Shown piece after piece: positions 1 through 6,776 of a stretch of DNA of 6,776 bases (the first letter of the stretch is position 1; every line of letters starts with the position of its first letter). The stretch is from Octopus sinensis. Lineage: Eukaryota. Below the pieces are notes generated by a model. The model did not search any database and had not been told where the DNA came from. It saw only the letters and a program-made list of their open reading frames with translations. The stretch spans positions 1 through 6,776 of the forward strand of contig NW_021829208.1 in the NCBI RefSeq assembly GCF_006345805.1. The letters are read 5' to 3'. Position numbers and translations under genes: made by a program.

Positions 1-262
1 TTTCTCAGGGAGATTAAGCGTGACACAGAGTGTGACAAGGCTGGCCCTTTGAAATACACGTACAACAGAAACAGGAAGAAAGAGTGGGAGAAATTTGAGG
101 TGAAAGAGTACAACAGGATTCGCCACTACCCTCTGCCGGAGCCTCGTGGAACTTTAGGAGTTTAGGCTCAATAAACACTCACAACGCCCGGTATAGAAAT
201 CGAAACCGCAATTCTACGACCGTGAGTCCGCTGCCCTCACAACTGGGCCATTGCGCCTCAAC
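1..262 (-). mobile_element. tRNA-derived SINE (octopus-type); 5' head and body present, 3' part runs off the window start
   Basis: Minus strand begins GTTGAGGCGCAATGGCCCAGTTGTGAGGGCAGCGGACTCACGGTCGTAGAATTGCGGTTTCGATTTC. It has an A-box-like TGGCCCAGTTG (250-240) and a B-box-like GGTTTCGATTTC (207-196) at tRNA spacing, followed by a non-tRNA body. It resembles an abundant Octopus SINE as I recall it. Confidence 0.8.
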
Positions 263-309
263 ATTACATAAGAATAAATGTAGTTACCACACCCATCGTC
301 GGGGATTTC

Positions 310-355
310 AGAAACTTGCTTGGCAACAGTACGGTTTCGTGTTCGATTTTACTGC
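310..355 (+). mobile_element. Possible very degenerate SINE head, same family as 617-724 but opposite orientation
   Basis: Hand alignment to the reverse complement of ~667-711 gives about 27/46 identities, and most mismatches are transitions. Contains B-box-like GTTCGATT (341-348). Confidence 0.3.
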
Positions 356-407
356 TTTACAATAAGGCCAAATATATATACCTTATGTAATAGCTTGGTG
401 CTGATCG

Positions 408-427
408 ATATCACATGAATAAAATTT
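408..427 (+). repeat. Target-site duplication, left copy (ATATCACATGAATAAAATTT)
   Basis: Identical 20-mer at 408-427 and 554-573 flanking the SINE fragment. Confidence 0.9.
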
Positions 428-553
428 CGCCGAGGTCGACTTTGTCTTTCATCCTTTCGAGGTCGATAAATTAAATAACAGTTGCATACTGGGGTCGATC
501 TAATCGACTGACCCCCTCCTCCAATATTTCGGGCTTTGTGCCTAGAGTAGAAA
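428..553 (+). mobile_element. 5'-truncated SINE (central domain plus 3' end) with 20-bp TSD
   Basis: CGCCGAGGTCGACTTTGTCTTTCATCCTTTCGAGGTCGATAAATTAAA...CTGGGGTCGATCTAATCGACT...GTGCCTAGAGTAGAAA, bounded by a perfect direct repeat. A second, inverted copy of the core lies at 3863-3934. Matches my recollection of a high-copy Octopus SINE. Confidence 0.85.
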
Positions 554-573
554 ATATCACATGAATAAAATTT
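554..573 (+). repeat. Target-site duplication, right copy
   Basis: Identical to 408-427. Confidence 0.9.
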
Positions 574-616
574 GGCGTAAGAAAACTATACAGCTTACCA
601 TAATATATGCTAAACT

Positions 617-724
617 GGTTTGGTCAACCCGAGGGTATAGTAGAAGACACCTGCCCAAGGTTCCACGCAGTGGGACTGAACCGGAGCCATGTGGCCGGGA
701 AGCAAACATCTAACCACACAGTCA
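617..724 (-). mobile_element. tRNA-derived SINE 5' fragment (a third family)
   Basis: Minus strand reads TGACTGTGTGGTTAGATGTTTGCTTCCCGGCCACATGGCTCCGGTTCAGTCCCACTGCGTGGAACCTTGGGCAGGTGTCTTCTACTATACCCTCGGG. It has an A-box-like TGACTGTGTGG, a B-box-like GGTTCAGTCCC and the CCTTGGGCA(A/G)GT motif common downstream of SINE tRNA heads. Confidence 0.75.
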
Positions 725-1285
725 TATATTTGTAATCTGCACAAATGATTGGAATTTTTGAGCATTATTTGCATTAATAAATATATAAATATCGTCTTTA
801 GTCTTCTAAGAATAATATTCTTCGTAGAAAAATGTTTGTCGTCGAAGAATTATCTTCTATCATTCTTTAAAGCATTTATTTCAATTGAAAAGTTCGTACA
901 TAGAAATGACCGGTGTTGTCTCTCATATTTGCCTCCAAAATGAAAATAATATATAATATTAAGACTTGACTAATAACCACGTTATTTATCTTTTTCTCCG
1001 CCATATTTATTTCTTGTTAGCATTTTAGTCGTCTGGGCATGAAGTATGTTAACAATAAACCCATTATTTATACGAATTATGGATGCAAATACAAGGGAGA
1101 AACGAGTGGACAAACAGACTACATTTTATATATATGTTCTTTGTATTCTACCAAAGTTTAGCTTCAATATAAAACATAGCTTTGTTCGTTTCTAGATTAA
1201 TCGCATCTCAGAAACTTCAATGCGTTTATATTGAGTTTCTTGAAGTATTTATGCATATATGTGCATATACGTATTTATGCTCATT

Positions 1286-1354
1286 TGTGTGTGTTTGTGT
1301 GTGTGTATCGTAGATAGATATAGATATATAGAAATATATATATATATTTGTATA

Positions 1355-1394
<40 letters not shown>

Positions 1395-1462
1395 ATATAT
1401 ATAGATAATATATAATATATATAGTATATATAGATATATAGATAGATAGATATATGATAGAC

Positions 1463-1502
<40 letters not shown>

Positions 1503-1602
1503 ATAGATAGATAGATAGACAGATAGATAGATAGATAGATGATAGATAGATAGTAGATAGATAGATAGATATATAGATAGATAGAAGATAGATAGATAGA
1601 TG

Positions 1603-1645
<43 letters not shown>

Positions 1646-2220
1646 AGATAGATAGATAGATAGATAGACAGATATAGATATATAGATAGAGATACATATA
1701 CATATATGTGTGTTTGCATGTATGTATGTATATATGTGTATATATGTATGTATGTATATATCTATAGAGATATATACAAATATATATATATTTGTATGTG
1801 TGTATATATCTATATATATATGTAGAGAGATAAATAGATAGAATAGATAGATAGATAGACGATAGATAGATAGATATAGATATATAGATAGATATACATA
1901 TACACATATATGTGTGTGTTTGCATGTATGTATGTATATATATGTATATATGTATGTATATATCTATATAGATATATACAAATATATATATATATTTTAT
2001 GTGTGTATATATCTATATATATGTAGATAGATAGATAGATAGATAGAAGATAGATAGATAGATAGATAGACAGACAGATAGATATACATATACATATATA
2101 TGCATATGTTTGCATGTATGTATGTGTGTGTATATATGTGTGGATGTATATATGTATGTATTATGCATGTATGTATGTTTGTATATATCTATGTATCTAT
2201 GTATCTATGTACTTATGTAT
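1286..2220. repeat. Compound microsatellite: (TG)n, (TA)n, (GATA)n, (TATG)n blocks
   Basis: Directly visible: TA ~1358-1440, GATA ~1440-1690, then mixed TA/TATG/GATA blocks repeating at ~200 bp. Confidence 0.97.
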
Positions 2221-2390
2221 TATTTGCATCTTGTAATTCTTTAATCTGAGTATTATCCAGACAGCCGTCTTTCGAATGGTTTTATCACTTTGTAATTCTA
2301 TGCTCTCAGGATATTCTATCTGACCATTTGATGATTTTCTGAATGCTATTTTCTCGTACATTCATGTAACGACGACGGCCGCGAAGCATC

Positions 2391-2480
2391 TATACATACA
2401 TACTTACATACATACATGCATACATACATTCATACATACATACATACATACATACATACATACATACATACATGCATACA

Positions 2481-2514
<34 letters not shown>

Positions 2515-2608
2515 CATGCATACATACATACATACATACATGCATACATGCATACATACGTACATACATACATACATACATACATACATACATACATACA
2601 TTCATACA

Positions 2609-2642
<34 letters not shown>

Positions 2643-2837
2643 CATACGTACATACATACATACATACATACATACATACATACATGCATGCATACTACAT
2701 ACATACATACATACTACATACAACATGCATACATACATACATAATACATACATGCATCATACATACATACATACATGCATACATACATACATACATACAT
2801 ACATTCATACATACATACATACATACATACACATACA

Positions 2838-2868
<31 letters not shown>
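2391..2868. repeat. (CATA)n tetranucleotide array, ~480 bp, with CATG/CGTA/CATT variants
   Basis: Directly visible; it is the source of the MYVC/HTYI pseudo-ORFs. Confidence 0.98.
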
Positions 2869-2869
<1 letters not shown>

Positions 2870-2887
2870 AAAATATCCTGTTTTTGA

Positions 2888-3280
2888 TGTTGGAATTCCA
2901 ATGAAGGAGCTGGAGATAGAGACTCCTTCCTTGGACCATAGCCACATCGGATTTTTAAATTTCCAGTGGAAAAGGAAAGCGAAGGTGGAGACAGAAGGTG
3001 GGTGAATGTGTTGAGGATGACCCGTGGGAATGGGACTACCCTTTGCATACGCCTGTGGACAGGATAGAATGCAGAGGAGAGTTGTGCCCAGGACTTGTTT
3101 GGTTTCTTAGTTGACTCTGGGTCGAGCTCCTTTCCTTTACGGGAAACATATCATTCGATTTTTATTGTTCATTGTTGTTTATTTTTATCCCTTACATGCA
3201 GTGTACGTAAATACACACTGTCCATCGTACTTTATCGTCCTTTGCGTTTGTGTGCAGCCCTTGTGGTTAATAAAATAAGA
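2888..3280 (+). mobile_element. Decayed 3' end of a non-LTR retrotransposon (LINE, possibly L1/Tx1-like): ORF2 C-terminal remnant plus 3' UTR
   Basis: Purine-rich coding-like block: 2901-3005 reads MKELEIETPSLDHSHIGFLNFQWKRKAKVETEGG*, and another frame at 2999-3067 reads WVNVLRMTRGNGTTLCIRLWTG*. A T-rich UTR-like stretch follows, then CAGCCCTTGTGGTT-AATAAA (AATAAA at 3269-3274) and an (ATT)n tail. The clade assignment is from memory of octopus LINE termini. Confidence 0.55.
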
Positions 3281-3317
3281 ATTATTATTATTATTATTAT
3301 CAATATTATTATTATTA
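3281..3317. repeat. (ATT)n microsatellite, about 12 units with one interruption
   Basis: ATTATTATTATTATTATTATCAATATTATTATTATTA. Confidence 0.95.
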
Positions 3318-3851
3318 CTGAGGGAGAGAGCAGTGCGTGCCATCAAAATGACACTGGGGTAAAATATACGAAGCCCAATATACCCATCATGACTACCCAT
3401 TTGATAAGGGTACACTAGAGACATGCATCACAACCTTATGTGCGCGACATGGTGATCTCATATCAAGATAAACAGCGCATGACCTTCCAGGTGAGGCCCA
3501 GTTAGAATTTTCTTCTGGTCGAGTAACACATCCCACTCAAAAGATCCCTGAACATGGGTTGTTTAAGGATGTTGAACAAACCACTTATGGTTCCAAAGGT
3601 GAATTATTCAAACCCCAAAGAATCCCTCTCAACACATGACTATGATGCTCCCCCACTACTTCTGCTCGTAATCAGAGATGCACATATCGTCAGCCACTAA
3701 GGGACATGCTCAAACAACTGACAAGCAAATCTGTGGTATTGAGCAGAATATTTGCTGTATCCCAACTTTTTTTATACTAAGACAAAACAATGTACATGAT
3801 GACACTTCCAATCGGTTAAGATCAGAGGCCATGAGAGCCACTGCTTGGTAC
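3318..3851. mobile_element. Unclassified ~530-bp interspersed repeat bracketed by (ATT)n
   Basis: Complex, more GC-balanced sequence with sharp (ATT)n borders at 3281-3317 and 3852-3862. No TIRs or credible ORF seen. Resembles a frequent Octopus repeat as I recall it; class unknown. Confidence 0.6.
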
Positions 3852-3862
3852 TTATTATTATT

Positions 3863-3934
3863 CGATCCCAGTATTGAACTGGTACTTAATTTATCGATCC
3901 CAAAGGAGGAGTGGCAAAGTGGAATTCCGCGGAA
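3863..3934 (-). mobile_element. SINE central-domain fragment, same family as 428-553
   Basis: Its reverse complement aligns to 425-497 at about 56/73 positions by hand, including an exact TCGATAAATTAA. Confidence 0.85.
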
Positions 3935-3973
3935 AGCGACAATGACTTTCATTCTTCCAAAATATATACACGG

Positions 3974-4455
3974 CGCGTGTGTGTGTGTGTGAGCGTGTGT
4001 GGGAGTGTGTGTATGTGAGTGCTTGAGTGTGTGCGTGTGCATGTGTGTGCGTCAATGTGTGTGTGTGCGCGTGTGTTAGTGAGTGCGTATGCGCGTGTGT
4101 GCGTGTGTGTGTGTGAGTGTGTTAGTGCGTGTGTATGTATGTGTGTGTGTGCAAGTGTGCGTTCTTGTGTGCCCGTGCGTAAGTACATGTGTACCCGTGC
4201 GTGTGTGCGCGCGTACGTGTATGTTTATGTGTGCGTGTGCGTGCATGCGTATGTGTGTGTTAGTGCGTGCGTGTGTGTATGCGTGCGTGCCTGTGCGTGT
4301 GTGTGCGCGTGCGTGCGTACGTGTGTGCGCGTGCGTTCATACATGTGTGCCTGTGCGTGAGTGTATGTGCGTGCGTGTATGTGCGTGCGTGCGTGTATAT
4401 GCGTGCGTGTGTATGTATGTGTGTCTGCATGTGCGTGTGCATGCAAGTATGTATA
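3974..4455. repeat. Degenerate (TG)n/(TGCG)n alternating purine-pyrimidine tract
   Basis: Directly visible; it is the source of the CV/HT-rich pseudo-ORFs. Confidence 0.97.
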
Positions 4456-5046
4456 TTTAGAAAAAAAAACAAAATTTCCCCTCAAATCAAATCTATGTTA
4501 CTAGAATTAATGATGAACTTCGTTCTGCATTAAATTGTTATCGTTAATGTAAACGGTTTAGTGGTGTGGAAATAAGCCGTTAGTAATCACGTAAGATGAA
4601 ATTAATATTAATATATTTCCTGTCAAAAATATTAAGTGGCGAAAAATAATACGGTGGAATATTAAAGGTCTCCATGATCTAAGGATAGCAATTAGTATTA
4701 TATACGATATTGAAATGAAAAGCCATAAAAAAAACATATCTTGAAATTCGATAGTGATATTGGTAGTGAAGATTATATTCTTTACGGTAAATATGTTTTG
4801 TATTGGCATAAAATTTTACTGAAGTCTCATATAATGTTAAATCGTTCAAAAAAAGTACTTGCCTAACACATTAGCGTGGAGGTTGCGATTGACTATATTT
4901 TTCGTCCATATAACTAATGTATTGTATATCAAGCTCAAAGAATCGCAAAAATGTCTATCCATTTGATCTGAAGATATTATAAAAGTGAAAAGGCAATTAA
5001 GATAATTCCGTGGATCTGCTAACATTAAGTTAATCGATTCATTATC

Positions 5047-5109
<63 letters not shown>
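5047..5109. repeat. (TA)n microsatellite with two single-base slips
   Basis: Directly visible. Confidence 0.97.
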
Positions 5110-5111
<2 letters not shown>

Positions 5112-5529
5112 CCATATATATTAAATATGTATATAAGTATAGTTGGTAAGATAGTACCTGTTTGAATAATTATTTGAATGTTTAACTCCAAGTATATTTC
5201 AACATCCTCTTCTCTGCTTTCGCATTCATATTCATAAATGTATATGTATGTTAATAAAACTTGAGTTTAAACGAATTGGCCGTTAATACGGTGTAGAGTT
5301 TAATGACAAAATGGCGTGAAAACAAATTAGCTTACAAATTGCGTGATGTTACTTTTCATAGCGTTTGCTCAAATTATATGTCGTAGAATAGGTGAATTTT
5401 AACATTATTTTTGTTGAATATTTTATTATAAGATATTTAACTGTAAAATTATGTAATTTCATTTAAATGTTGCTCTGTTATTCAGTCAACATCTTCGGAT
5501 TTTCTTGAAAGCTGATGTCGTTCGTTTTA

Positions 5530-6321
5530 CGTACATCTGAAGAATTTAATTCAAGTGTCTCGAACCATTTGTATCTTATTGAAGTCGAACAGTCCTTCGA
5601 TTGTTTTTCCGATATGTCTAGGCTCATAGTCTTTTTTTTGGGGGGGGGGGGGATCTCGTACCAGTCCAAACTATTCATGCCAAATGGATTTTTATCCAAA
5701 TTCTCAGAGAAACTGTCCTGTTATTGTTATCTTATCTGATGTATTGAACCAGATCTTTTTCAGGACATTCAATTACAAAACACGGAAATTACTACCAGCA
5801 TTCTTAAGAGTCAGACTCTAAAACTATGAATGGGATTCTTATACTTCATAAAATTGGACATGCATTCTTCTGCCAAAGCTAAACCAATTGGATTATGATT
5901 TATAAAAGAAACATGGTTCCATTGCTATTTTCCTGAACGAAATAGGTATGATAACACCAATTTTACTGAGAAACCTACGGCTTTTTTTACGCATAATCCA
6001 CCTGAAATGTTATTATTTCATTCAGTGTTTGTTAATATTGACACCACCTGCACGTGGCATTTCTGTCGAAGACCTTCCAAATTGTCCAGAGTGATTATAT
6101 TTTTCTTCCTGTTTTTCATCGATCCATATCTTCAGTAGATTTTTGCAGCTAGAGTGAGCAAAGAGGGTTAAGAACATTCGTCAATTATAATCAAGATTTT
6201 CACAGCATGATGAGTAGCATTTAACGAGCATCCAACATTAGACGTTATGACACGATAATTCCATTGCAGATTACATATGTGGACAGACATCGGCCACGTC
6301 ACTAATAATAGAATTTTTCAT
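5530..6321 (-). pseudogene. Heavily decayed Tc1/Tc3-like (IS630-Tc1-mariner) transposase
   Basis: Hand translation of the minus strand gives colinear motif remnants across frameshifts and stops: PSLLTLAAKIY* (cf. PxLTxxHKxxR); EEKYN then LDNLEGLRQKCH from 6089 (cf. DEKKFNLDGPDG.RYYW); SGGLCVKKAVGFSVK 6005-5961 (cf. GGGSVMVWGAFS); LALAEECMSNFMKYKNPIHS 5882-5823 (cf. FQQDNAPIH); LNVLKKIW 5772-5749 (cf. LNPIENLW); GQF...KSIWHE*; and GLFDF (cf. RLFEI). Boundaries are approximate. Confidence 0.5.
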
Positions 6322-6657
6322 TTAACCGTGATAATAGTTCTGAGAATAAATTACACATATTAGTTATTAACAGACTGCCTTACTTCACTGTACAACGTCA
6401 ACTATTGAAATTTAAATAATTTTTCTTTTTCTAAAATAATCTTAAATTAAATATCATCATCTTTGCGTGTTTATTAATATTGCCACTAATTGCACTGTGA
6501 TAATTCAATATTCATCGTTAAAGTAAAATCACTTAAAAGAGAAACAAATTTTGCTTTTTATTCCTATAAACTTTGCAACATAAGTGATGGAATAAACGAA
6601 AATAATTAATGTTTAATTATCAGGATATTCTGATAGCGAAACTAAGTGACGCCACTG
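5530..6657 (-). mobile_element. Tc1/mariner-type DNA transposon remnant; one terminus at 6657, the other not found
   Basis: Minus strand reads TA|CAGTGGCGTCACTTAGTTTCGC (TA at 6658-6659). This is the TA target plus CAGTG start typical of Tc1/Tc3 TIRs, and it lies ~340 bp upstream of the transposase remnant in the same orientation. Confidence 0.5.
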
Positions 6658-6673
6658 TATATAGGTATACGTA

Positions 6674-6693
6674 ATACACACATACACACAAAC

Positions 6694-6725
<32 letters not shown>

Positions 6726-6776
6726 TTACAGACGTACATACATATGTAACTTATATATGTATAGATATATATGTAC
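6674..6776. repeat. Mixed (CA)/(TA)/(CATA) low-complexity repeat
   Basis: Directly visible; continues to the window end. Confidence 0.9.

Noticed and set aside
190-262. Possible tRNA gene on the minus strand
   Set aside because: A/B boxes are present but I cannot build a convincing cloverleaf, and the sequence continues into a SINE body.
408-573. Direct repeats around a spacer, superficially CRISPR-like
   Set aside because: Only two copies, a 126-bp insert that is a SINE, eukaryotic context and no cas genes; better explained as a TSD.
749-943. 64-aa ORF, and similar short ORFs at 3095-3418, 3678-3992, 4558-4809, 4846-5115 and 5515-5739
   Set aside because: Short, with no recognisable domain; several use non-ATG starts or span repeat boundaries. 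Expected by chance.
2306-2317. TCAGGATATTCT also occurs at 6620-6631 near the transposon end
   Set aside because: Same orientation, only 12 bp and no flanking similarity, so it is not a TIR partner; likely chance.
1281-2904. Many ORFs of 65-214 aa (YLSI, MYVC, HTYI repeats)
   Set aside because: They are translations of GATA/CATA/TA microsatellites that lack stops in some frames; no coding signal.
3949-4533. Cys/Val- and His/Thr-rich ORFs resembling metallothioneins or His-rich proteins
   Set aside because: Artefacts of the (TG/CG)n repeat, open in multiple frames on both strands.
4456-5046. Unique AT-rich stretch, considered as an exon or promoter
   Set aside because: No supportable splice, ORF or promoter pattern; left unannotated.
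5287-5320. TACGGTG...TGGCGTG as a candidate second TIR of the Tc1-like element
   Set aside because: Similarity to CAGTGGCGTCACTTAGTTTCGC is too weak and discontinuous to support.

Overview
AT-rich, non-coding eukaryotic DNA made almost entirely of repeats, most likely intronic or intergenic. The repeat families resemble my recollection of Octopus/cephalopod repeats; this is not a database result. No host gene is supportable, and nearly all listed ORFs are translations of microsatellites. Contents: a cluster of tRNA-derived SINE fragments (1-724), one with a perfect 20-bp target-site duplication; a compound TA/GATA/TATG microsatellite with a ~200-bp higher-order period (1286-2220); a (CATA)n array (2391-2868); a probable LINE 3' end with AATAAA and an (ATT)n tail (2888-3317); a ~530-bp element bracketed by (ATT)n (3318-3851); an inverted SINE core (3863-3934); a (TG/CG)n tract (3974-4455); and a heavily decayed Tc1/Tc3-like transposon on the minus strand ending in CACTG|TA at 6657. 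I see no convincing new biological system. The best second-look items are the transposase fossil missed by the ORF track, the ATT-bracketed element and the fold-back repeat pairs.
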